Shown: positions 50,101-63,300 of the stretch, in pieces | Numbering within the stretch: position 1 is the stretch's first letter | How the letters are laid out: each line of letters begins with the position of its first letter | Source of the DNA: Lingula anatina | Lineage: Eukaryota; Animalia; Brachiopoda | Reading direction: 5' to 3' | NCBI GenBank assembly: GCA_051362555.1 | Contig: CM120640.1 | Location: forward strand, 14,260,001-14,324,000 | DNA length: 64,000 nucleotides | Notes under the pieces: model-generated | Database searches by the model: none | The model's input: the letters and a program-made list of their open reading frames with translations, nothing else | Told to the model about the DNA's origin: nothing | Program-made: the position numbers and the translations under genes

Positions 50101-51131
50101 TGTTAACAGACATAAGCCTGGGTTAACAAGAATCTGTAGGTCTAGAGTTATCCATCAGAATTTCATTAAAAATCTCAAAATTCTGTGATTCCTCAGAAAA
50201 AGCTTGTCTGTGTGAAAACAGTCATACCTAACGCTCACTTAAATAATCAACCTTTAGCACTCCAATTTATAATTTATAGTCACTGTTGAGCTATAATCTA
50301 AACTGTATAGCTGCAAGAATCATGGTTCACTATTATTTTGAAATCTGTTCAGTTTTCACTTTTGGTTTACATATGAATCTTTCACAATACTGACCAGTCT
50401 AATGCTATCTTTATCTCCATTCCACTAGAGGTTTAAAACAAGTGGTTAAACAAGCTTTCTTCATGTATTTAACTTGACACTTTAAGTTGAACTTGAAATG
50501 GATCTTAGCCAATCTACAATGTTTTCATACCCAAAAATCTTTAGCATACTATTCAGCAGTGTGTAACATGTTAAGGAAAGAAATATGACAAAGACATCCA
50601 AGACTCTCACTTTTCCAAGATTTTCACTCCATATCCGCTTGAATTGCACCTGTGAGACTAGTACAACACAACAGTGAATGTAAAAATAGATTATTTCGCT
50701 CATATATCATATAGTAAATAGAACTGTAACCTAGAAGTGCAAGTCAATGAGGTAGTCACTGGCGATCGAATAGTTAAGGCATTCATTTTAAGTTATAATT
50801 GAAAGATTTTTGTCAACATATTGGAACATTTAAAGGGCTGCACAAGCCATCCTGTCATTATCACGGCATATTATCTGAGATCTTTGATGACCTCGGTCCC
50901 AGGACGAGCCACGAACCTGTGGGATACGAGATGCAAAAAACAGCACGCACAGATTCTGTGCTTAATATCGACACAAATATCAACCAAAAGGCCTAAGTAA
51001 CTGCTGATAAAACAGGGGTATATAATGCTTTTATCACATAACATGTGATCGTTTATAACTTTCACGCACCCGCCGTAACCGCCATCTCGTCCTTCACCGT
51101 AATCTCCTACATTTTGGTCATAATCCGCCAT
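47192..51131 (-). CDS. EIF4H: Eukaryotic translation initiation factor 4H (RRM plus RGG/DRY-rich regions), complete, 7 coding exons, 311 aa
   Basis: Exons 51070-51131, 49438-49663, 49159-49207, 48711-48775, 48372-48432, 47819-48130, 47192-47352 (936 nt including TAG). RRM reads [74 protein letters not shown]; C-terminal [10 protein letters not shown] and [12 protein letters not shown] are typical of eIF4H/4B, and the RRM and length fit eIF4H. Confidence 0.92.
47530..47670 (-). mobile_element. Possible degraded tRNA-derived SINE fragment in eIF4H intron 6
   Basis: CACCATTTATTATGGTCTTTGGTATAAC...CAGGGATC resembles, from memory, the reverse strand of mollusc tRNA-SINE heads. Highly diverged and not verified. 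Confidence 0.35.
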
Positions 51132-51383
51132 GGTTTTCAAGAGGAAGTTCAAACTTCGCATGCGCGAATTTTAAGATGACCTTTATTGCAAGTAAAGTGA
51201 TCAAAAAGGGTGTATTTGATGTAATAAAAATATCACAAATAAGGAAATGAATATATTATACTGAGGAAAATGATATTTTGTGGTCGTTTGGAAAATAAAA
51301 TTTGCACGATATGTCTACCAAGAAAGGGTATTGTCTTCATTTAGAAAAATATTCGGACGTGCGCTAGCTATCACCAAACAAGC
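51132..51383. promoter_or_regulatory. Bidirectional promoter shared by eIF4H and MYBBP1A
   Basis: Divergent ATGs at 51131 and 51384, 252 bp apart. NRF1-like CGCATGCGCG at 51157-51166. Minus-strand pyrimidine tract CTTCCTCTT (51139-51147) just upstream of the eIF4H ATG. Confidence 0.78.
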
Positions 51384-54300
51384 ATGGCACTTGTAAAAGA
51401 TGAAACGTGTAATGCCATGGAGCAAACATCAAAGGCGAAACCAAGCGTTGGACCAGAATTACTGCAATTGTTTTGGGATCTTGCTGATAATGACGATAAA
51501 GGAAGAATTGCGGCATCTGTGGCATTGTTGAGTATTTTGAAAGCAAGCAAGAAAAAAGATCAGAAGGTTCGTATCTACAGACTCGCCAAAGTCGTAACGT
51601 TAAAACTCGCACGTTGTAGTGTAGAGGAGGTGTTTTCGAATACATATATAAATTATAAAATTCGTTTTGAAATATTAAATCGATCTTAATCGTTGTGTTT
51701 CTTTTCTTTCTGCTTTTTTTTCATCAAGGTGGACCTGTCTAGTGTGGTGTTATTACCCTGCTAGTGCTATATTTAATGTTGTTTTTAGGTTCATTGACCA
51801 ATCAAAGTGACAATCGAGTGTGGCTACATGTCCCAACTGGACACCTAAGTTGCCTTTGCCAACCAGTGTGATAAATAAATTCACACCCAGAATGCCAGAT
51901 GTTTAAGTCAGGATTCCATTATATGTATAAGAATATAAATATATTTTAATTCTTTTCATGAGGAGTCAGAACTCAACTATACAGTCCAAAGATTGGTACG
52001 TGGATTATCATCGAGCCGTAAGTTTGCACGACCAGGGTACACATTAGCATTGACACAGGTAAAGATATATGGAGATGATGAAATTTTATTCTATTTTATT
52101 TATTTATTTTTTTAATGAAAGCTTCTTGCTCTACAGTGACACTTATGGTTCATTATTACCATTAAGAAAAGTGTTAATTACGTGGTTTAAATATGGTTCT
52201 TTAAGATGATGAAATTTGAGAGGGAAACTACCATAGGGCAGTAGATGATGTTTGATCACAAGTTTGTTGTTGCAGATATTGAGACAGTTCAAAGAGGTAA
52301 CTGTAGCACAAATTCTGAAGGAAGCAAAGGAGCAACTTAGAATCACAAAACAAGAAACAAAAGCTGTAAGTTGAGATTGTATAAAAAAGGAACTTTGTTA
52401 GATATATCACCATGATGTATATTTCACATTACGTATCTAAGTGTGACTATGTAAAATATTTTGTAAATCATAAAAATGGCCATTTGCCATACAGCAAATT
52501 TTCAATTGTGTATAAGATAGTTCTGTTAATGTTAGTCTGGAAAAGTATAGAATTTTGATGTGATTAATTAAGTTTTTTACTTTTTGTGTTTTTGCTGTCT
52601 TAGGAACAAGGTCATATATATTTGGGACAAGTTCTGGGATATTTGGCTCTGATTCAGGCTGACAGGTTGAATGAGGTTTGTAACGTTTCTGTATGTAAGG
52701 GCAAGTTAAGTAAAAAATAATTGAGAGGCAGTCGTAGTCCCAGAAACAGACATGAATATAGACATGAATAGATATATATATATACTTCATTATGTAAATG
52801 AGGGCTTTAATTTGCAGGCATCAAAAGAGGAAGTTCAGGAAGTGACAAGTTCTTTGAAAAAGTTGAGTTCAGAAAAAAGTTACCTGCGACAGATATGCTA
52901 CCAGGCACTAGCAGAGATGGGAGAGAAAGTAAGTGTAGGTGATATTGACAAGACACACTCAGTACTTGTTGGGCTTAAATATAGAACCTGACAGCACATT
53001 TATTCCCATTTAGCATACATTGTTTAAAGATAAAATCCATGTTATTTTTACTAAAATGCACAACATTTTTAATTATAAATATTTTTTTAATGTTGTAGGT
53101 GCCTAAGAAGAGGTTTGCTAAGACTGTATTTCCCATCCTTCAGCAAGAGTTGGCAGCAGGCATGGAGCAGTGTACAGCTGATAGTCTGCTGCTTCTCCTG
53201 AAATTATCAAAGTCACAGCCAGTTAGTATAGAAATGCCTTTTGTGCCTTTAAGGTTAAAAAGACATTCATGACTTGGCCTAGGAACTAGATTTTAATAAT
53301 TTACCTAGGCTCAATTTGCTTATAATTTTTAATTTTTAGAATTAAACATATTGAAGAAAGTGATGTAGATTATTAACATTTTCTTTATGCATTTATTTCA
53401 GAAAGTGATTAATGAAGATTTCTTGAAGGAGCACTGGAAGTTTGACAAATTGATCAACTCCAAAAACATAAGTTTTCTTGCTGATGTCATGATGGTATCT
53501 ATGACTAACATAACTGTACAGCAAAATACATAATGCTGTAAATAAAAATAAGAGATATCAACCAGCATTTTAGAAATCACTTAGGTGTTTAACATATAAA
53601 AATGACATTTTCACATTGTGAGTATATTTTTTCGAATTTAATGTGTGCTGTCAATAAGTTATTGATATGTAATATCTCACTGTTTCAGCAATCCACTCAG
53701 TGCCACCCAGTTATCCATTCTGTTTGTGTGGACATAGTGAAGGAAATGGCTGCTGACCAAGACTTATTTAGTACTTTCTGGAAGGAAGCTATAGATGGTA
53801 TGTCTGTGTATTTTCTTTCTGCATGCTTTTGAAGTTTGTGTTCTGTTAGTCCCTTTTCACATTAAGTTATATGCTTCCGTAATGTGACTGTATAGGTGCA
53901 CTTTAATAGGTCCAAACGTGATTATACTACCACATTCACAATTCTTTGCAAAATCACTTTCTGCTGTTAGTCAATCAGCTAGTTAATCAGCTAGCCATGA
54001 CAAGCACTGAAGCTGTGGCTTTGTGACTACTCTCTTAATTTGATAGAGAGGTCCTTAAGTTATCAGTCTATCAAATGTTTTCTAATGTTTAAATGTACAA
54101 TACAATTTGGTGGGAGAAGATGTTGAATCCTCCATGCTCTGAAGTGCCACTGATATGACTAATATTATTGTTTGGATCATTTGTTGTTGGTGACCACTGA
54201 CCAGTATTGAAAATGTGTGCAGTTTATATTCCAGGAAAATACGGTGGAAATTGCAACCTCATTATGAAATTAAAGACAATTTATTATTTTTAATATTATT

Positions 54301-57300
54301 TGCAGATACATTATTAGAGCACCATCAACCTGCAAAGAAATATTTAGCCTTCCATTTGGTAAAGCAAGCTCTTCACACCAGCACATCTGTAGAAATGGTG
54401 GGTATTTTTAAAACATTTAAAATGTTTTCCTCCTACAAGTTAGGACTTCATTGTAACAAGAATTACTTACAGGGAAACTAATTCTGTGATGCAGTTAAAA
54501 ATGAATATCTTGAATTAATATTCTAATGAGAACTTGGTAAAACTTGGAAACAAGAATATCCTCAATTCTGAGTCTGTGTAACAAGGACATTTATTTTTAT
54601 AGCAGAATTAAATCTTCAAAATATTATATTCATTTATCACCTGTTTTTCTGCATTCCCTGCACTGTCATCTATATAATATTTGCATGTCAAATGTATATT
54701 TTGTAGGTAAAGACCATCATGAGCCCAAGACTGATCTCATTATTGTTGAAAACTCTGCCTGACAAGTCTAAAGTCGTATGTGAGGCTTCGAAACAGCTGG
54801 TGAGACTTTATTCCTCCATCTGCCAAGCATTATTTGTTGCTGCCGTAATGATTTTAATTTCAGAAATGTGATTGAGCACTGATTTTTGTGTAAATAAAAA
54901 ATGTTTTGTAGCATTGACATATAAAAAAACTTGAATTATTTTTGACTATCTATTATATGCAATAGAGAAAAGTTTTTAAAATTGTTAGAATTAATGAAAT
55001 TCTGACCTTTGATAATTCATAAATCGAGACGTGTAGAAGTTTAACATTTGGCTTACTTGGCATCATCCTTTATTTGTGTGTACTTCTTTTCAGGCTAATG
55101 ACATTGTTAACTGGGCAATTGGTTGTCAAAATGGAGATCTTCAGCTGGCACTGCTGACATCCCTTCTGTCTCCACCAGGTCTGCTAAGATTTGATGATGT
55201 CACCAAGACTAAAACTGTGGCCACCATCTCTCAACATGTAAGTGGAAGATACTTTTTAATGAAATTTTCTAGATATGGGAAAGCATGAATTTATATTAAA
55301 TATGATGATTGTGAGATATTATGTAGATGCCTTTTTTTCAGATTCGTTGCAAATATGTGAGAAAAATTCCATTTACTATTGCAGACCTCTGTTTAAAAAA
55401 AATATACTTCTCATGTTGCGAGTGGGTGAATAGATTTCACCATATTTTGTATTTAGCATCCTGCATGCATAAATGTGATTTTTATGTACAGACACAGATG
55501 TGTCTGTACATATTGCCATCACCTGCTTCTGTCGTCGCCGTCGCCGATGCCGGCGCCGTGCACTTTCCTTGTAAACACGATAAGTGGAGGGCAGTTTTAC
55601 TTTTTGGCTTAATATTTACAGAGCTGATGAATATTCATAAAACGCAGGTCAAGTTCGAAAACCAGCATGATCGGGCCATTATTGTAGAAGTTATGCTGTT
55701 TTTTCACTTTTCAGCATATGTGCAACCCTGTAAACACATTTTAAGGAAAACCGTTAGGCCTGTTGTCATGAAACTCACAGGAGTAATCAATCTTACTAAA
55801 ACGCAGGTCAAGTTTGAAAATCGGCATGATCGGGCCACTATTTTAGTAGTTATGCTGTTTTTTCATTTTTCAGCATATATACAACACTGTAAACACAATA
55901 TAAGAAAAACAGATAGGCCAATTGTCATTTAACTCACAGGAGTGGTCAATCTTACTAAAACGCAGGTTGAGTTCGAAAATCAGCATAATCGGGCCATTAT
56001 TTTAGAAGTTATGCTGTTTTTTCAAATTTCCTCAGATTCAACTGTTAGGCATGTTAACAGTCTCATTAATGAACTAATAAGATACGTAAAAGTGTTTGTT
56101 TGACATTTCCTGCATCTTTACAACATTGTTAGTTGATTATGTAAAAATGATGGTAAACTTGTTATCGTGTATTGTGTAATAAAGTTTCCAAAATGGAAAT
56201 AAACTCATATCATTGCAGTTTGTCAGATTCAATCATTCACTATGTTCAGAATCTCAGAATGGAGGAAATTGGACATTTAACACTGTTGTATTGATATTTT
56301 TCCCATCTCATCAATTTTCTTAGTTGATCGTATAAAAATGGCAGTAACCTGTTAATTTTGTTTTATGTTAAAAAAAAGTGTTAAAAATGGAAAAAAAAAA
56401 AAACATTTCAGAACAGTGCTGTCTTGTTTACATTCTGGCATTTTCAAGTTGTGACTTTGAAGTTCCATGGGCCTGAAGACCTTTGCTAGTCACATTTTCT
56501 GAATATCCATGATACTAATATTTTATTATTAAAAATTGATGGTCATTATGCTGTTAAACATTATGTAATATTGCATCAAAATTTGAAAAAAAAAAACCTA
56601 TTTTGGGCACTGCTCCCATGATGACCATTTAAGAAAAACCATGTCACTTACTGTTCTCAAACAGTACAGTAAATATGTACAGATGTGTCTGTACATATTG
56701 CCATCACCTGCGTCTGTCGTCGCCGTCGTCGCCAGTGCCGACACCGTGCACTTTCATTGTAAACATGATAAGTGGAAGGCAGTTTTACTTTTTGGCTGTA
56801 TATTTACAGAGCTGATGAATATTCATAAAACGCAGGTCAAGTTAAAAAATCAGCATGATCGGGCCATTATTGTAGAAGTTATGCTGTTTTTTCACTTTTC
56901 AGCATATGCAACACTGTAAACACATTTTAAGGAAAACCGATAGGCCTGTTGTCATGAAAATCACAGGAGTAATTGATCTTACTATAACACAGGTCAAGTT
57001 TGAAAATCGGCATGTTCCACGGGCTTGAAGACCCATGCTAGTCACATTTTCTGAAAATCCATGATACGTGTATTTTATTATTAAAAATTAACGGTCATTT
57101 TGCTGTTAACCATTATGTAATATTGCATCAGAATAGAAGAAAACACAATTTTGGGTGCTGCTGCCAAGATGACCATTATGGGAAAACCATGTTACTTATG
57201 ATTGTCAAACTTTCAAAAAAGAAATACAGGACTAAAATGCAGAGTAATTGATCTTACTAAAACGCAGGTCAAGTTCAAAAATCGGCATGATCGGGCCACT

Positions 57301-60300
57301 ATTTTAGTAGTTATGCTTTTTTTTTCACTTTTCAGCATATATGCAACACTGTAAACACAATATAAGAAAAACAGATAGGCCAATTGTCATTAAACTCACA
57401 GGAGTGGTCATTCCTGCTAAATCGCAGGTTGAGTTCAAAAATCAGCATAATCAGGCCATTATTTTAAAGAAATGCCGTTTTTATGTACAGACACAGATGT
57501 ATTTTACCTGTTGAGCATAATTAAAATTTGATGTTGAATTTGCAGTTTAACAAAATGTACTTTTGCATCAGAATTGACAGTAGCCTTTTTTGTTTTTTCC
57601 TGCTTTTTGTCTGTACATTTGACAGCTTTGCTGCCTTGTTGCTTGTTTGCAGCTGACAGCAGAAGCAACTAAGAAGTATGGAGAGTTACTCATTGGTTTG
57701 GTGCAGGGAAAGAAAGATGCCACAAGGTGAGCTTTTATCTACGTACAGAAATAGTAAAGTTAGTATGATGTATAATTTTTTGAAAATATTCTGTGACTTT
57801 TAAACTTAAGATATAATTGTTTTTTTCATATTAAAAATTAAGTCATTTTATAAAAACCGAAATAAATTAAAGAAATAGATGTCATGGCCAGGTTTGATCT
57901 CTTCAGCTCTTCCCATTTTGTTATAATTTTAATTATAAAAGTGCTTAAAAGCACTTAAAAGTGCATTTAAATCGATTGAACAGGCATCTGATCCCATCTT
58001 TAAATGTGTGCATATGTTTTAAATTTCTTTTCAGTCTAATACAGAGCAAGGACAGAGAGTCAACTGTCAGTTGGGCTGCCAGTCAGTTGAGGTCATTGGT
58101 CACTACATTAGCCACGGCCAGCAACTTGGATGTCCAGCTCAATTTACTGCAGTTTCTATTCCTGCATGCTTTCTTTGATGTCCAAAGGAAGGAGAAAAGT
58201 TTGCCACATGTAAGAACCATAAAATCTTCTGACAGACTCAGCCATGAAACTGCCTCTCTATATGGAAACAGTATGGTCCTTTTGTATGATAGCTTGTGCA
58301 CATTGTGAAGTTATAGACAGTTATTTTAACCTTAATAAGTAATAGCCATCTTTAAATAAAGCAATAGTACATACCTGCACTCTGAAGATTCCCAAATTCT
58401 ACATTTCTGCTCTGGTAAATTGTAATTAGGAAATTAAGAAATTTTATTTGCTTTAAATTGTCATAAACCTAATGCTTACTTTTTTCGATTCAAGGCCCAG
58501 TCAGGGCCATGCTCAGAAGTATTGTCAGCACAGTCCCATAGAGCAATGCAGGACAACTTTTTTAAGGCTTTGAATAACCTCAACACTTTCAATCCAGGTG
58601 AGCAGTATGTCTTTTTAAATATTGCTATGGTTTTGGTTTAATATATTTTGTACTGGATATTTGCATTTTTACTGGATAAATTTATTTAAGTTGAAAAAAA
58701 ACAGAGGTCTTTCAGTGGATGATACTAAGCTAAGCGTTTGTGATAATGTGTATTTTGAAGTTTTAAAGACCACAAAGTGTGTGTAATTTAAGTTTGCATT
58801 TGACATGTAGTTATTATTGAAAGCATTTAGCATTTTTTATGCTGTGAGACATTGTTATATTCATGTTACCTTGAATATGTATTGGTAAAATAAAAAAGAA
58901 TGGATAAAATTAACTGATGTTTCAAAATTCCAGATAAAACATCACAAAAGGAACCTAGAACTTTGGAGTACATTGAAATATCATACCAGCTTGTGCAATA
59001 TGCCAAGGTATATAGGGTTGTTTTGATTATGATTTCCCCAGTGCACAACCAAATACATCTAAAGATTGAAATACTTTTTAATAGATGACACATTTTTATA
59101 CAGAAGTCCAAGTCACTCTCAGGAGATTTTCATTTCACTTATTCAAAGGATAAATGAAGTTTACAGTGAAATGATGGCAATGATTGGTTACACTGAAATG
59201 ATGTAAGGGATTGATTTAGGAAACTGCTGTTATCAGATTAAATATATGTAGGACTGCTTGTATAAATAAAGTTGCTTTACTTTCAGAAAGTATTGGCGAA
59301 CTCTTCATCTGTAGTACCTGTGAAACCTTTTAGTGAACAGGTATATAACATATAATTGTATTATTGTAACCAGGGCCTTGGGCATTTTTTTATAGAAAGA
59401 CTAATTTATTTGTAATAGATAGACAAAGTCAAGAATTCAATTTAATAAAAAAAAGTCAAATTTGGTAACTGTAGTGAATATTTACATTATTCATTGCAAA
59501 AAACCATTCATTTCAGTTAAATCATTGCTGTGGCAACATTGCTATTTTAGGTCTTACTCTCCTGGCAAAAAATGTCAGAAGAAGTTGAAAAGATTCACAA
59601 GAAAACCCAGAAATGCAGCAAACTGGGAGAGGAGCATGCCTTTGAACTTCTGTTTGTACACCTAGGATTACAGTTATTGGTGGACGAAGAAGCTGTTAGT
59701 GATGTTTTAAAGGTAAGTAAAATTTATACATGTACAAAAACAGGTGAAATCCGAGTTAACTGGTCAGAGGTCTCATGAATACCTCAGAATCTTCCACATG
59801 GCCATTTTTGAAAGGTTGCTAGCTAAAATGTTTTTTTTTTAAATCTAACTTAGGTGCTATGTCAGTACATTATCATATGTTTCAGGATCTTCATATTTGT
59901 TATGAAAAGTCTTGCCAGAGAAGAAAGAAAGGAAAAGCTGCTGATGGAGGTAAATAAATTCATATTTCCATCCTTAAGCCCCTCTGCTTAAGTTGGTATA
60001 TATCTTAAAATATACTGTAGATTTTGTAATAACTGAAAAAAGTTTCTAACTGGAGAACCTAAAGAGAAATGAACAAATGATTAACTATTTGGTTTTCTTG
60101 TTCATTTTTCTTTGCAAAATATTTCTTGTTATATCCACTTTTAAGACTTGATTACCATTTATTTGAGTAAAATAGTGATTTAAATAAATCAGGCTGCCAG
60201 TTTTTAAAGATGGAATGGAAGAAAACACTATTATTCTGGCATAATATGTGTAGCATATTATTCACTGTTTTCCAGAACCAGAGTGGGTAGAAGTGATCAC

Positions 60301-63300
60301 AGAGATCTTGCTGAGTTTGTTATCACAGCCGTCTCATCTGGTGCGGGTGGTGGTCTCCAGTGTGTTTAGAATGTTGTGTCCACACATGACTACAGACGCT
60401 TTACAGCTTATCATAGATGTGAGTTAAAGCAATAGATGAAACATACATGAGTTATGTTTTTGACTACAACATTTGTCAAGAAACCCCGCCATGGTGAAAT
60501 TAACATTGACGTGTGCCTTGGGTGTATGCTGTTGTGGAGAGAAAGTAGGATCTTTTTTTCAGCATTACTTGTTTCTATCTATTTAGATAATGGTTTTAGA
60601 AGGGCGTTTAATTTGTTCAATTTTGTGTGTGAGTGTCTTTGTGTGTATGTGTGTGTGTGTGTGTGTGTGTGTATTGGTGAGAGAAAAACTGTGATTTTTT
60701 TCAAAATTTTCTAAAATTGTCAGAAGTTGATGGGACTTGTCTCATACGTAGGTGTTGAAGTCCACAGGCAAACCAGAAGAGGAAGAAGAAGGCCCACTGG
60801 ATTTCAAAGATTCAGGTAAGGAAAGTTGAAAAACTTAAATATCGAAGAACTTTTTTAAATTCTTTTTTTTATTGTATGTTATATTGTATTGTATAATATT
60901 GTCATTTTTTTCTGTTTATACATCTTTCCTGTTTTTACAGAAGAAAGTGAAGAATTTGGAAGCGGTACTGAAGCATCTGAAACCCTTGAGCAAGTAGAGG
61001 AGGACGAGGAGGAGAGCAGCAGTGAGGAGGAGGAGGAGGAGGAAGAAGAGGAAGAAATGGAGGAAGATGTGGATGAGAATTTTAAGGCCACAGTCAAGGC
61101 AGCATTAGGGGATGCTGCAGCAGAATCAGATGAGGCAAGTATAAACACTGATTAAGTAAATGAGTTGAAAACACAGATTTAAATATTTCAAATTGTAAAT
61201 AATTTCCAGCATAAATTGTACACATAGCTCAGATATAGTGTACTTGTATTTGTTTCATTCTGCATCTGATACTTATCAACCCATGATCACTGTAGATAGT
61301 GAAAAAGTATTCTTAAACAGCCTGTGAAATTACCACCTGTCTGATCAGACAACTAACTTGTAGCAATCATTATATAACTGCCAAACCATATTTTTGATTT
61401 ATCTAGGCCTGTGGAACTCTTTTTCAAAACTCAGCGTGTATTGGTTAAGTTTTTATGAATTTTTTTCATTTTCCCTTTAAAATTCAGTGTATGATATCTG
61501 TATAAGTGCCATCTTTGATGTCAACTAGTTATGATTTTTTTCACTTTCCTTATGTTTAGGAGTCAGATGGAGGTTTGAGTGACAGTGCCATGTTTCGCTT
61601 GGATGAAGCCCTGGCAGAAGCATTCAGAAGTCGTGTCAAGGGTAAAGGAAAAAAGATGCAAAAGGAGCAGCAGGAGCAGTTATTACATTTCAAGATGAGG
61701 TAATGTAGCCTGTCTCTTCTTCACATGTTTGAACGTCTTTGAGATTTAACATTTGCGAGATGAGAGCAAAACTTTTGCATTGTTATTTATCAGAATCCTG
61801 TATTATGAGGCTTTTGTTTATAAGACTTCAGTATTACATGTGCATGGAATTTAACGTTAAGCTGAATAATACATAAGCTACCTTTGCTGATATTCTCTTA
61901 GATTTATCTTTTATTGCAAAGAGACAAAGATCAATTGAATGATGAAGAACTTCATTGTCATAGCATTTTGTCTATTTTTATGCAGACCTAGAGTCAAATA
62001 TTGTCAAAATAGTTATGTATTCTTATATTTTTCTTAGGGTTCTTGATCTTGTAGAAGTTCTTGTTCATGCCCATGCACCTGCAGGAATGCTGTTGGTAAG
62101 TGCTAATAAAACTTAATAAAATCATTACACATAAATGTTAAGACCATGACTTGCAAAGAAGAAATGTTTACACACCATGGTCTGAGTGAGTGGCAGGTTT
62201 TTTTAAAATCTTAAGTATTTTTTTTTCTTACAGGAGGTGATTATCCCTTTGTTTGGGCTGATCGAGTCTGGTTCAGTGCTGAAACCTCTCAGGTGTCTGG
62301 CAGAAAGGGCCACCCACCTGGTACACGTCATTTTTAAGATAAAAAAGGTGAGAGTTATTAATATATTTAAAGTATTGAGATGATTGGAAATAATTGAGAT
62401 TAAGTTAACATAGAGCAAATCAAAACTGCTTGACATTGCGATATGGCATTATAGAGTCCAAAGTTATGAAAATGTTATGAAATATAGTGTGTGGCAAGAT
62501 GATTTTTTATTGCAGCCTGCTGCTGACAATAATTTGCAAAAGGAGTCTTTGCCAGGGTTTGTGAGGGATTTTATTCAATACTCTGCTAAAGGTCAGTAAA
62601 CTTTAAAGTTCATGATTTAGTCCAGCCTTTCTCTATGACTTTACATAACCTAAATGCAGGCATCAGATTGTTGAAGAATTTTTTTCTCAATGGCATCAAC
62701 ATTACAGAAAATAATTTATTCTTATTGCTGTATCGGGATAATTCTAACTCCATTTGAATGCAGCTTTTAGTTTTTAAAAGTTGCTGTATGCTGGTTAGTT
62801 GTATTGTTGAGTAACTGGTCAATTATTGTAGAGTCATAGCAAGAGAACCATTTTTACAGGCCCTCCTCTCTGAGTCTGGTTACTGTGTGTTGCGGGTGTG
62901 GGGTGTGGTCTCATGAGTGTCACATGAGTGATTACATTTGCTTCACACCTGACTGGTAGCGAACACTTACATCAACTTACATGTAGTTATCCCAGAACAA
63001 TTGTTGTTGTTGTTTTTTTTAGCACCAAATGTTCCACATAAAGATATTGCCAGTGCCTGCATATTTGTGGTAAGTAGCTGGATTTCAACTACTGTAGATG
63101 ATTGCTTCTTTTGCAGACATGCTGAAACTGTCAGTCCGATCGGTCATGACCGAGAAAATTTGTCTGGACTGGTAAAAATTTGGATTTGGTCGGTCCAAAG
63201 GACCGACAAGAGTTTTAAGAGCTGCAATTTTGAATTTACAGTCATCATTCGACATACTTCACTAACAAAATTATATAAAACCCGTAGTGTTTTTTCCCTT

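Noticed and set aside
55327-55932. 201-aa ORF, and the related 92-aa ORF at 56641
   Set aside because: The 159-bp unit is divisible by 3, so frames stay open; no transposase or Rep/helicase motifs.
59168-59215. C/D-box snoRNA-like words (ATGATGG, CTGA, ATGATG, TTGA)
   Set aside because: Span is only ~45 nt, boxes are non-canonical, there is no terminal stem and no rRNA guide I can verify.
61280-61400. ATGATCA...CTGA as a snoRNA
   Set aside because: Poor C box; ACCACCTGTCTG looks more like a decayed DNA-transposon fragment.
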